Assembly (NCBI GenBank): GCA_040880185.1
Contig: JBBDIY010000083.1
Span: 1,961-65,960, forward strand
Source: Paenibacillaceae bacterium
GTDB lineage: Bacteria > Bacillota > Bacilli > Paenibacillales > UBA4045
Length of the DNA stretch: 64,000 bases
Reading direction: 5' to 3'
The position numbers and the translations under genes are program-made. Below, in pieces: positions 19,301-28,404 of the stretch (its first letter is position 1; each line of letters begins with the position of its first letter). Below the pieces are notes generated by a model, which saw only the letters and a list, made by a program, of their open reading frames with translations, was not told the origin of the DNA and searched no databases.

Positions 19301-19505
19301 TGAGGTCGTGCTCGGTACAGCAGCGTGCTTGAAGCTACTATGGCATGATTGCTTGGGCAGAATCGCTGCTCTCATTGCCTTTATATGCTGTCTAGCCGTT
19401 CTGCCCTTCGTTGCTGCATACATTATTATTCCTATTGTGGTGACAATCACTTGTCTTGTTTATTTGCGAATAAGCTCGCGGAAGAGTTAGGTTAGATCAG
19501 TGCTA

Positions 19506-19563
19506 TGGTTGAGTTGGTTGTGTTGCTTTGTGTTGGTTGAGTTGGTTGTGTTGGTTGTGTTGT
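19506..19563. repeat. Degenerate 9-bp G/T-rich tandem repeat (ttggttgwg)
   Basis: ggttgagttggttgtgttgctttgtgttggttgagttggttgtgttggttgtgttg. Confidence 0.75.
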
Positions 19564-19565
19564 AC

Positions 19566-19764
19566 CTAACGGTCTTTCAGTCCTTTAATAGTTAACATAA
19601 CGCCTATTTTGAGTGAAATAACGGTCTTGGAGGCCTTTACTCCCATGCTGACACTCAAATTGATCTATAATATAGAGATATTTCCTCACTTTAACGGTCT
19701 CTTAGGCCTCTATCGTGTGGAATTCCCAACAAAACTCGAGAATAAAGCCCTGGCGGACCGTTAT
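19566..19764. repeat. Array of four 23-bp imperfect inverted repeats (TAACGGYC-N-GGCCTTTA type)
   Basis: Units at 19566, 19618, 19691, 19742 (last inverted); same architecture as 48301-48499. Confidence 0.8.
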
Positions 19765-19861
19765 TGATTTGTAATGCCACCCGTACGCTTACCTAACTTA
19801 TTTAATATTATCTTACATCGGTTATCTAGCTAAGAAACGAAATTTGAAGGAGGTTAGTTGC

Positions 19862-20530
19862 ATGTGTGGACGATTTTCGTTGCGAGTTGAGATGGAGGAA
19901 TTGCTCAGCTATTATGGTCTCATACAGAGTAACTACACCTATACGCCACGCTACAACATCGCGCCGGGTCAATCGATTACAGCTCTCATAGATTCTAATA
20001 GTGGATGTAAGATGGGCCCGCTCCGCTGGGGGCTTGTACCTTCTTGGGCAACAGATGAGCGAATGGGTTATAAGATGATTAACGCGAGAGCGGAGACTTT
20101 AGCGGAGAAGCCAGCTTTCCGGCAATCCTATTCGCGAAGAAGATGTATAATTCCAGCCGACGGCTATTATGATTGGAAGAAGGACACAAAACAGCCGCAT
20201 CGAATTACGATGAATGACGAATCGATATTCTCCCTAGCCGCTCTCTATGACAATTGGGTAGCCCCAGATGGGAATAAGCTTCATTCCTGCACAATCATTA
20301 CCACCGAATCGAATGATATTTTATCGACGATTCACGATCGCATGCCAGTCATCCTGCCCAAAGAACATCATGACACCTGGTTAGATCGGAGTATTACCGA
20401 TATTACAGTGCTGCAACAGTTGTTAATTCCATTCCCGAGTAAACCGATGACCGCCTATCAGGTATCACCTATGGTCGGTAATGTGAAGAATGATGTTCCT
20501 GCATGCATAGAACCATTCATTGAACAATAA
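19862..20530 (+). CDS. SOS response-associated peptidase (SRAP/YedK/YoqW/HMCES), abasic-site cross-linking protein
   Basis: Starts MCGRF; PRYNIAP, INARAET, IHDRMP motifs. Confidence 0.93.
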   Translation: MCGRFSLRVEMEELLSYYGLIQSNYTYTPRYNIAPGQSITALIDSNSGCKMGPLRWGLVPSWATDERMGYKMINARAETLAEKPAFRQSYSRRRCIIPADGYYDWKKDTKQPHRITMNDESIFSLAALYDNWVAPDGNKLHSCTIITTESNDILSTIHDRMPVILPKEHHDTWLDRSITDITVLQQLLIPFPSKPMTAYQVSPMVGNVKNDVPACIEPFIEQ

Positions 20531-20540
20531 CCATCACTTA

Positions 20541-20667
20541 CTTTTGCTTACGATGTAGTTTTTTCGTCTGCTCGCGCATCCATCATAACCAAAAACTTAG
20601 CTTATGCTTACGATGTAGTTTTTTCGTCTGCTCGCGCATCCATCATAACCAAAAACTTTTAGGAGGA
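20541..20667 (+). repeat. Tandem 60-bp duplication of a 5'-UTR module ending in an RBS
   Basis: 20545-20598 identical to 20605-20658; ends aaaaacttttaggagga; related copy at 34596-34665. Confidence 0.9.
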
Positions 20668-20675
20668 GTTACAAT

Positions 20676-20906
20676 ATGACTAACAATTTATCCACACCCA
20701 CAGCAGAGAATATCGAGTTTATGATCGAGGATATTACAAGGAGACTGAAGATGGCCGCGGTTGCTGCACTTCGCCCAGCATCTTTCGATATCTCTCAGTA
20801 CGAGGACATTAAGGACATTTATGATTTGGTGAGCAGTAAGAATCAGTACAGTATCAATGAAATGGAAGCGATCGTAACCGAATTGGGTAAGCTGAGGAAA
20901 GCTTAA
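20676..20906 (+). CDS. DUF1128 (YfkK-like) small protein
   Basis: 76 aa; YED..DIYD.V..K...S.NEM.AI..ELGKLRK. Confidence 0.8.
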   Translation: MTNNLSTPTAENIEFMIEDITRRLKMAAVAALRPASFDISQYEDIKDIYDLVSSKNQYSINEMEAIVTELGKLRKA

Positions 20907-20988
20907 GAGCGCTGAGAGTGGAGTTACTCGATAAAATCGACTAATTACATATTACTGGGCTAAGTAGTTGGAGTTATGCCAATTGGAG

Positions 20989-21660
20989 TTACTTCCTCGG
21001 ACCGACCGCTAGAAGCATAATGAAGGAGATTATGATGATAGCACCTGCCCACAGCCAGGCCATCGTCTGGTTACCCGACTCAACCGCAATATAGATTGCG
21101 GTTGGAAGGGTTTGTGTTTGATTCGGAATATTGCCGGCAATCATCAAGGTCGCCCCGAATTCACCTAAGCCGCGCGCAAACCCGAGAATATATGCAGTCA
21201 TGATGTACCGCGATGCCAATGGGATCGTAATGAATCGCAACACCTGCCATTCACTTGCTCCCATCGACCTCCCGGCATCCTCTAGCTCTTTGCTGACCGA
21301 GGATAAACCTGTCTTGAGAATTTGGTAGACTAACGGGAAAGCCACGACAATCGAAGCGATCACCGCAGCCCCCCACGTGAATATGATCGATTGACTGAAT
21401 ATGAATTCAAACAAGCCGCCAATCCAGCTCTTCTTACCTAGAAGAACGAGTAGAATGAAACCTACAACCGTTGGAGGCAGCACGAGTGGCAACAGCATGA
21501 TCGTTTCTAATACCGTTCTCCCCCGAAACTTCCGACGTGACATCCCCCAAGCCGCCAAACCACCTATCAGAAGGACAAATAGACTAGAGAAGAAAGCAAC
21601 TTTTAATGAAATAAAAACAGGTGATAGAAATTCACTCATACCGACATGCAACTCCATCAT
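20989..21660 (-). CDS. modB: Molybdate ABC transporter permease
   Basis: LPLVLPPTVVGF, FARGLGEFGAT, GNIP..TQT. Confidence 0.93.
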   Translation of the reverse strand: MMELHVGMSEFLSPVFISLKVAFFSSLFVLLIGGLAAWGMSRRKFRGRTVLETIMLLPLVLPPTVVGFILLVLLGKKSWIGGLFEFIFSQSIIFTWGAAVIASIVVAFPLVYQILKTGLSSVSKELEDAGRSMGASEWQVLRFITIPLASRYIMTAYILGFARGLGEFGATLMIAGNIPNQTQTLPTAIYIAVESGNQTMAWLWAGAIIIISFIMLLAVGPRK

Positions 21661-22445
21661 TTAGGGACTGAAAATCCATATTTTAAGAATACATCTTGTG
21701 ATTGTTGGCTTTGAAGGTACATGTAGAAATCTAGTGCTTCATTGCTGTGTTTCGTCGCTTTTACAATTCCGACTGGGTATTCAATGGGAGTGTACGTTGT
21801 AGGATCAACATGAAAAGCTACAATAACATTCTTCGAAGCAAGTGCATCAGTTTGATAAACAAAACCCGCTTCGGCATTCCCAGACTCGACATACGTAAGT
21901 ACTTGTCGTACATCTTTCCCCAGAACGATTCTAGATTGAAGGTTGTCCCACAATTTCGCTGTAGTCAAAGCTTCCTTCGCATAACTCCCTGCAGGGACCG
22001 TCTGAGGTTCTCCCATTGCTACATGTTCAATATCTGACTTCGACAAGTCATCCATGCTATGTACAGTCAGATTTCCGTCAGCAGGTATGATTACAACAAG
22101 TTCATTCATCAGTAGGTTATGTTGTTGTGATTCATCAATGAAGTGCCTATCTACGAGGTTTCTCATATTAATAGAAGCAGCAGATAGGAAAATATCAGCG
22201 GGTGCGCCTTGCTCGATTTGCTGTTGTAGCACACCTGAAGCACCGAAGTTAAAGCTTAATCGGATGTTCTCATGCTCGCTCTCGTAATGGTTCTGAATTT
22301 CTTCTAATGCATGGCTCAGACTCGCTGCGGCGGAAATCGTAAGCTCCACTACTGATTGTTCATGATCATCTGCACACCCTGTGAAGAGTACTAGAACCAA
22401 TATCATGGGTAGCAAAAAAGAACACAATTTTATCGTTTTAAACAT
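21657..22445 (-). CDS. modA: Molybdate ABC transporter substrate-binding lipoprotein
   Basis: SAAASL, FGASG.L..QI.QGAP, VPAGSYA, GFVY.TD. Confidence 0.93.
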   Translation of the reverse strand: MFKTIKLCSFLLPMILVLVLFTGCADDHEQSVVELTISAAASLSHALEEIQNHYESEHENIRLSFNFGASGVLQQQIEQGAPADIFLSAASINMRNLVDRHFIDESQQHNLLMNELVVIIPADGNLTVHSMDDLSKSDIEHVAMGEPQTVPAGSYAKEALTTAKLWDNLQSRIVLGKDVRQVLTYVESGNAEAGFVYQTDALASKNVIVAFHVDPTTYTPIEYPVGIVKATKHSNEALDFYMYLQSQQSQDVFLKYGFSVPK

Positions 22446-22625
22446 ACGGACTCCTTCAAAGCTCTGATCTCATATATGTAGGAATAAAGCCTAATTAGAT
22501 TTAATAACTATACGAAATCATATTTCAAAAGTAAACAATAATCATGATAGAGATTAATAAGAATACCGTCAGAGTAAAAACCCCTCGGCTCACCCAAGGA
22601 GTTAGATACCCGTATAGGGATGACA

Positions 22626-23354
22626 TTAGTTTCGCTTATTAAGCGTAATCAAATAATTATACTTGCCCATATGAGTCAGTTCGTCGGTAATGATATTAAA
22701 GAGCATATCCCTATGTGGTCTAGTGGAAAGTTCACTTCGGATTACGCGGTACTTCTTTACGGCTGCTATCTCTCCGAACAGTGCTTTGCGTAAATTAGCT
22801 ATATAAGATAGGGGCTGTTCCTCCGATGTTCGCTCCGATTGCTGTTTTATTTCATTCCCCGTTAATTCGCGATAGATGAGACGGAACTGCTTGAAATGGG
22901 ACAGCTCATCATCTCGAATACCAGCGATGATATCTTTCTCTGCCGAGGTTGGAGCAAGGTCAATAAGTTGTTTGTAGAAAATTCGGTCTTCCGTCTCACC
23001 CGCAACTGCTGCTTCAAGCATTCTCAATAATTCGGGAGACGGGGCCTGTTTATCAACGGGCATTGGCATCGCTGGCGATTGATTCATGATCGGCATCTGA
23101 TTTGCAGGTTGGTTGGGTTGGTGGATGGGTTGGTATGCAGATTGATTTAAAGGTTGATTTGTGAGTTGGTATGCAGGTTGATTTCCAGATTGATATGCGG
23201 GTTGAATTCCAGAACGATACGTTGGTTGGTACATCGGTGAGTAGCTATTTGGGTAATGCATTGGTCCATATGCCGCTCCATTGCAACCACATCCGCATCC
23301 ACCTCCAGTTCCACTCCTTCTCCCTTGATATCCACTATTTGAGTAATAATTCAT
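22626..23354 (-). CDS. Ferritin-like (rubrerythrin-type, YhjR-like) protein with Q/P/Y-rich N-terminus, probably sporulation-related
   Basis: E..D..FY, IRDDE..H, ITDE..H di-iron motifs; NQP repeats. Confidence 0.75.
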   Translation of the reverse strand: MNYYSNSGYQGRRSGTGGGCGCGCNGAAYGPMHYPNSYSPMYQPTYRSGIQPAYQSGNQPAYQLTNQPLNQSAYQPIHQPNQPANQMPIMNQSPAMPMPVDKQAPSPELLRMLEAAVAGETEDRIFYKQLIDLAPTSAEKDIIAGIRDDELSHFKQFRLIYRELTGNEIKQQSERTSEEQPLSYIANLRKALFGEIAAVKKYRVIRSELSTRPHRDMLFNIITDELTHMGKYNYLITLNKRN

Positions 23355-23360
23355 ATGAAT

Positions 23361-23427
23361 CCTCCTTCTGTAAATTAAACCGTCGTGACTAACAAGTGTG
23401 TTTAATTGGAAGTCGATCCGTATCGAG
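23361..23427 (-). repeat. Dispersed 67-bp 5'-UTR module ending in AAGGAGG RBS, copy 1
   Basis: Near-identical to 55106-55171. Confidence 0.88.
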
Positions 23428-23507
23428 AATGCTCTCTAGATGTCCTGTTGAGCTCCATTCGGATATCATTCAATGTATGAGCAAATTCTCAATAGGTGAA
23501 TGTCCCC

Positions 23508-24263
23508 CTACAATTCGGCATCCACTAGCCCCCAGATGAGTACGTTTAAACGGCTAGAGTAATGAAGAAGCGGTTGTTCAGCGGGTTGAGAGATTCCAAC
23601 TGAGGTAATCATCGTATTGATCGTAATTTCAGCTTCAGCATCCTGTATGAGCCAGGGTTCATGATGGATGTCTCCTCGCAATAGGTGACCGGACGAGTCC
23701 GTCGTATATAAGCAATACCGCTCGGTTAACCACTGCGCCAGAGTGCCCTTCTCAGCATAGTACGGTGAGGATACAGGACGATAATCAGCAAGAAATTGTG
23801 CTGGATTGGCTCGTCGGTCGTGCCTCTCATTCTCATAATGAATGCTCTGACCTGCAGATACTTCCAAATTCATATGAGCATATCGATAAGGCAGATGGAA
23901 TAACGTCCGCGCCACTTCAACAGCAAGACGATTAGCCGCATCCAGGCTGAAGAAATACACGCCACTCTTATTTCCAAACTTCACATAGGTTCTCACATTC
24001 AGTTCATGGAATGCTGAAGTGAAAGGAATCTGAGGTAACCCTCGCAGACGAATGTTAGTCATAGTGAAAGGAACTACCCCAATCCAAGCTTGATTGTTGT
24101 ATGTATCCAGCTCTAAATTGGCTGGCAGGAAGGGCTTTAACAACTCTGGCGAGACAGGCCAGTGCGCGAACAATAACTCGTTCCACGTTTGCGTCATGAT
24201 CCAAGGCTTGTCTGGTAAAAGCCATGGTCGATGCTGATTAATAGATAATAGATGCGCTGCCAT
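23508..24263 (-). CDS. YqjF / DUF2071 family protein
   Basis: Q.W..LLFAHW, ELNVRTYV, GVYFFSLDA, LTERY, IHHEPW. Confidence 0.88.
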   Translation of the reverse strand: MAAHLLSINQHRPWLLPDKPWIMTQTWNELLFAHWPVSPELLKPFLPANLELDTYNNQAWIGVVPFTMTNIRLRGLPQIPFTSAFHELNVRTYVKFGNKSGVYFFSLDAANRLAVEVARTLFHLPYRYAHMNLEVSAGQSIHYENERHDRRANPAQFLADYRPVSSPYYAEKGTLAQWLTERYCLYTTDSSGHLLRGDIHHEPWLIQDAEAEITINTMITSVGISQPAEQPLLHYSSRLNVLIWGLVDAEL

Positions 24264-24343
24264 CTTCTTTGTCCCACCTTCATGATCTTTTGTGATAAGC
24301 TAGAGGCGTCAACATATATCTTCCACATTTTTAGGAGGTAACG

Positions 24344-24610
24344 ATGAAATCTGTTCTATTCTTTATAAAATTAATATTGATTATCTTCGTTACATTATTC
24401 GCTCTGCGCATACTATTCATTCTTGTTAATCGTCAGCCGGGTATTGTTGTTGCATTATCCATCATCGCTATTATGATCTTCTCCTTGGTCTATTACAAAG
24501 GGGGATTTCGCGCAATAGGTTTACGATCCCGTAAGGCCTCCGGGATTGCAATCATCGCAGCAACGCTTATTCTCATCATATCCACAGGCATTCTGATGAA
24601 TATTCATTAA
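24344..24610 (+). CDS. Small membrane protein (about 3 TM)
   Basis: Strong RBS aggagg; hydrophobic 88 aa. Confidence 0.6.
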   Translation: MKSVLFFIKLILIIFVTLFALRILFILVNRQPGIVVALSIIAIMIFSLVYYKGGFRAIGLRSRKASGIAIIAATLILIISTGILMNIH

Positions 24611-24713
24611 GAATAACGATTTGTTCTTTACCGCCCAAACCAAATATAGGCGATTGCATAGGATGAAGAAGAAGAGGCTACATGCCATCTTCAAGAATTC
24701 ATCTGGAGGTGCA

Positions 24714-25046
24714 ATGAATATGAATCCGAATCCTGCCATCGCGAATCAGCCGATATATCAAGCTGATCAAGCCATGCTGCAATCCATTCACCATGGTCGT
24801 GAGAAGATGCATGAAGCTTGCAAACATCATATGCATAAGTGTGTACGTATCCATACAACGATGGGCGAGATGCATGAGGGAGTCATCGTTGGCTTTGATG
24901 ATCATTTTCTCTATCTTGATGTATCTCAGGCTCCAATGGGAATGCGTTTCTTTCCCGGTCCAGTTATTCAGCCATACTACCCTTATTATTCGTCGCAGAT
25001 TCTCCCTCTCGTCTTATTCAATTTGTTAGCTATTTCTTTAATTTAG
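24714..25046 (+). CDS. Small sporulation/spore-coat-type hypothetical protein
   Basis: RBS ggaggt; V.I.T..G...EG.I...D....YL and ILPLVLFNLLAISL pattern. Confidence 0.65.
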   Translation: MNMNPNPAIANQPIYQADQAMLQSIHHGREKMHEACKHHMHKCVRIHTTMGEMHEGVIVGFDDHFLYLDVSQAPMGMRFFPGPVIQPYYPYYSSQILPLVLFNLLAISLI

Positions 25047-25113
25047 TAAGGCACCAAGCAGGAGTCCCCAACTCGGAAGAGTTAAGGACTCCTTCATTTT
25101 TCTGCCCTAAAAA

Positions 25114-26163
25114 TCATCGTCGTGCCAAATAAGCAGCAAAACGTAGAGGGTTCTCATAGGTGCGGTAGAAGACGTCGCGCATTCCTGCCTTCGCAAAGCT
25201 GTAGCGTTGGTCGCGACAATTCATCTCGATGAAATAGACCTTGCCGGTCTTACTGAGGCCAATATCAAAACCTATATCAGCAAGTCGATACAACCTGCGA
25301 CCGAGATAATTGGCAAGGAGAAGGGAAGCTCTGACTACCTTTGCCCGTGTTGCTTGAACAGGTAAGCGACCATGTCGGAATAACGGCTCACATCGCTTGA
25401 CCGCCCCTCCCCTAGCCACATTCGTGACATGGCTGCCACTTCTTGCTACCTTGCCAACCATCCCTGTCACTTGCCATTTCCCTCCATGAACTCGCTGTAC
25501 TGAAACACGGATATCGTAGGGTCGACCTTGGTATGTCGCCAATTGGATTCCTTTTTGTATCATATATAAACGATGCCCTACATACAGTTGTACCTTACGT
25601 AACATCGCAATCCTGCTCAAGGTTTGAACGCCTGTTGTGGTTCGAATTGACCATTGCCCACCATTAACCCGTCGTATACGTATGATGCCCCGACCAACCG
25701 AGCCCCGCTGAGGTTTAATGTATATCGTATCATGGATGCTCATCATTCTCCGAAGGTTTTCCCTACTATAAGTTAGCGAATGCGGCAGATGCCGACGTAG
25801 CCATGGATCGCTTGATAGTAAACGGTGAATGCGATATTTGGAATAACGGTTTTGTGCATTGAACACATAGCTGCGTCCACTAAGACTTCTCAAATGTCGA
25901 CGTTCTGCTTCCCCTTGAGGAAATGTTCGATTGTGGATGACCTTGGGTATCGCCTGAGTCCTTTTCACATATTGATTTCCATAACGTAAAAGTCCTAAGG
26001 TCTTACCGCTTCGCAGTTGAATACCACGTAAGGACATATACAGCAATTTCAACCCCAAACGATGTGCGGCCTTGTTATATAGCTTTACTCTTTCAGTACC
26101 CATTGTACGTATTTGTAACTTACGGTAAACACGGTGATCTAATAATATTCCAATCGTTGTCAA
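25114..26163 (-). CDS. YheC/YheD family ATP-grasp spore protein
   Basis: YIKP..GS.G.GI, PYDIRVSVQR, VTNVARGG, GFDIG..IE.N. Confidence 0.88.
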   Translation of the reverse strand: MTTIGILLDHRVYRKLQIRTMGTERVKLYNKAAHRLGLKLLYMSLRGIQLRSGKTLGLLRYGNQYVKRTQAIPKVIHNRTFPQGEAERRHLRSLSGRSYVFNAQNRYSKYRIHRLLSSDPWLRRHLPHSLTYSRENLRRMMSIHDTIYIKPQRGSVGRGIIRIRRVNGGQWSIRTTTGVQTLSRIAMLRKVQLYVGHRLYMIQKGIQLATYQGRPYDIRVSVQRVHGGKWQVTGMVGKVARSGSHVTNVARGGAVKRCEPLFRHGRLPVQATRAKVVRASLLLANYLGRRLYRLADIGFDIGLSKTGKVYFIEMNCRDQRYSFAKAGMRDVFYRTYENPLRFAAYLARR

Positions 26164-26285
26164 TGACTTGTTCCCTCCTTCATTTCACCAATATATGTGA
26201 GTAGCCCTGAAATGTTTGGGAAGTTGTGAATATAGTGAATGGACATCGTATGAGCAATCTCAATCTATTCTGGAGGGACCTTATC

Positions 26286-27431
26286 TTGAAGATTCTTGTA
26301 ATAGCACCAGAGCAATTACCTGTACCGGCCATAGTGGGTGGCTCTGTGGAAACGTGTATTGATCAGGTGTTCCGCAGATTAGCTGCGCGTGGACATCGGA
26401 TCACCATCATCAGTCGAGCACATCCCAGATTACCTCAAACCGGACGATCAAGCGGGGGTAAAATACATCATATTCGTATCTCTGCGAAGAGCAAAGCGCG
26501 ATACATTAGTCAGGCCATGCGAGCAACACATTCACAAGCGTACGATTTCATTCAAGTGGAGAATCGCCCCACCTTCATTCAGCCTGTCCGTAAACGATTC
26601 CCCAGAACGCCAATGATTCTCTCCTTGCACTCCCTAACATTCATGTCCCGATTATCCAGACATCGCGGCAATCAAGTATTACGCTTAGTGAATGGTGTAA
26701 CAACCGTTGGACATTTCGTCACCTCCACTATGAAGCGGCGCTTTCCAGCTTACAAGCATAAATTTTTCACATCTCACCAAGGTGTAAATACTACCTTGTT
26801 CCGCCCTCGAAGTCTGGCTGAACGAGCACGTCTTCGGCGCCAATGGTCAGTCTCGGGGACAACGAATATTCTGTTCGTGGGGCGAACTGTACCCACGAAA
26901 GGCTTGCATACGCTCGTGAAAGCTACGGGTAGAATACCAAAAACCAGAAAACCCTTACGACTCATAGTCGCTGGGTCATCCTGGCCTGGTAAACAATATC
27001 AATCCCCATATATTCGAACAATCAAGCATCTTGCCAAAGAGCTGCACATCCGTCTTACTTTTACTGGCTACATCCCACCTGCTCGTATTCACCACATTTA
27101 CCAGCTTGCCGACATCTTCGTCTGTCCTACAAAATACCGCGAAGGATTTGGCCTTGTCAATGTTGAAGCAATGGCATCGGGCATACCTGTTATCGCATCA
27201 AGACGTGGTGGCATTCCAGAGATCATTCAGCATGAGCATAACGGTTTGCTCGTTGCTGACTACAATAATCCCGCTGCTTTCGCAAGCGCTATCCATCGTA
27301 TACTGAGTAATCATAGCTTTGCTAAGCGGTTAGCAATCAACGGGCGTAGGTGTGTTAAGCAAAAGTTTAGCTGGGGTTCGACGGCTAAGCGTTTGGAGAA
27401 CCGCTACCGCATCATACGTAGAAACAAATAG
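26286..27431 (+). CDS. Glycosyltransferase family 4 (CotSA/YtcC-like)
   Basis: EGFGLVNVEAMASGIPVIAS..GGIPE; TTG start after ggaggg. Confidence 0.9.
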   Translation: MKILVIAPEQLPVPAIVGGSVETCIDQVFRRLAARGHRITIISRAHPRLPQTGRSSGGKIHHIRISAKSKARYISQAMRATHSQAYDFIQVENRPTFIQPVRKRFPRTPMILSLHSLTFMSRLSRHRGNQVLRLVNGVTTVGHFVTSTMKRRFPAYKHKFFTSHQGVNTTLFRPRSLAERARLRRQWSVSGTTNILFVGRTVPTKGLHTLVKATGRIPKTRKPLRLIVAGSSWPGKQYQSPYIRTIKHLAKELHIRLTFTGYIPPARIHHIYQLADIFVCPTKYREGFGLVNVEAMASGIPVIASRRGGIPEIIQHEHNGLLVADYNNPAAFASAIHRILSNHSFAKRLAINGRRCVKQKFSWGSTAKRLENRYRIIRRNK

Positions 27432-27674
27432 TTACTCGGCTTCAACAACTCATGAACCAATTTCATCACTACAGCAAGGAGCCCAATAGCAGCATTGGCT
27501 CCTTTTTCGGTTTGTTGGGTTACTTTTTTGATTGCTTTTCAGCTACTTTCGGGCTACTTTTCTTCTGGATATTTTCCGGCTCCTCTTTGCGGCATAATTC
27601 GCTATATTATGTTAAACTATTCTCTGATTGCTCGTGGCATGCTAGTATTGTAGGTAGTTTCACAACAATTTAAC

Positions 27675-27750
27675 AAACTTGCACATTTCTTGTGCAAGTT
27701 TGCCACTGGGCTGCCGCTGCTCTCGCTACTTGCACATTTCTTGTGCAGAT
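27675..27750. repeat. Pair of 23-bp inverted repeats ACTTGCACA-tttct-TGTGCA(AGT), 51 bp apart
   Basis: 27677-27699 and 27728-27750. Confidence 0.85.
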
Positions 27751-27816
27751 TGCAGGTCACTCCGAAGTAGTCTTCGGTTATTCCACTACCATATATTACT
27801 TAATAGGAGATTCCAT

Positions 27817-28404
27817 ATGTCGATTACAGTACGGACCGTATTCATTACACTTTTCGTCGTCATTATCGCGGTATTCGCGCTCTCAGCGTGGTTGGTGTTC
27901 CTCTACCCTTCAACAGGGCATATTATTATTAGCAAGCTAGAGAATAATAAGAATACAGCACGCTTCCAAGTAACCACACAGAAGGATGAGCTCGAGAAGG
28001 TTATCAATAAGTATTTGCACGAGAATGTTGATTCTGACGGCTTGTCCTACACAGTTTCCCTGGATAATGATCTGCAGTTCCATGGGGATGTACGGATATT
28101 AGGAATCAAAGTTCCCATCTCTATAGCCTTTGAACCGATACTACAAGCGAATGGTGATCTTGTATTGAAACAGCAATACTTCCAAGTGGGTGCATTAAGC
28201 TTACCGGCGAGTATTGTATTAGAATACTTGAACCGCAGCTATACATTCCCAGAATGGATCGTACTACAGCCCGTTCAGAAGAAAATATACTTATCAACTA
28301 CGAATATGAGCAGTGACAGTGGAGTTCGTATTCATGTACAGAAATTTGACCTCAACAAAGATGAGTTCAAGTTCGATGTATACTTGCCCGGAGAATCACA
28401 CTAA
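27817..28404 (+). CDS. YpmS / DUF2140 family protein
   Basis: N-terminal TM; FEP....NGDL.L, G.L.LP...VL, FPEW; start ATG 27817 after aggag. Confidence 0.8.
   Translation: MSITVRTVFITLFVVIIAVFALSAWLVFLYPSTGHIIISKLENNKNTARFQVTTQKDELEKVINKYLHENVDSDGLSYTVSLDNDLQFHGDVRILGIKVPISIAFEPILQANGDLVLKQQYFQVGALSLPASIVLEYLNRSYTFPEWIVLQPVQKKIYLSTTNMSSDSGVRIHVQKFDLNKDEFKFDVYLPGESH

Noticed and set aside
19227-19490. 87-aa hydrophobic ORF after ytvI
   Set aside because: Overlaps ytvI, no clear RBS, composition resembles intergenic low-complexity sequence; cannot be supported
19566-19764. CRISPR interpretation of the 23-bp palindrome arrays (also 48301-48499 and 9-145)
   Set aside because: Repeats are too degenerate, one unit is inverted, spacers vary from 28 to 50 bp and are partly shared between arrays, and there is no leader or cas gene
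27452-27816. ORF 27452-27673 and the N-terminal extension of 27679-28404
   Set aside because: Translations of low-complexity and palindromic repeat DNA; the real ypmS start is ATG 27817
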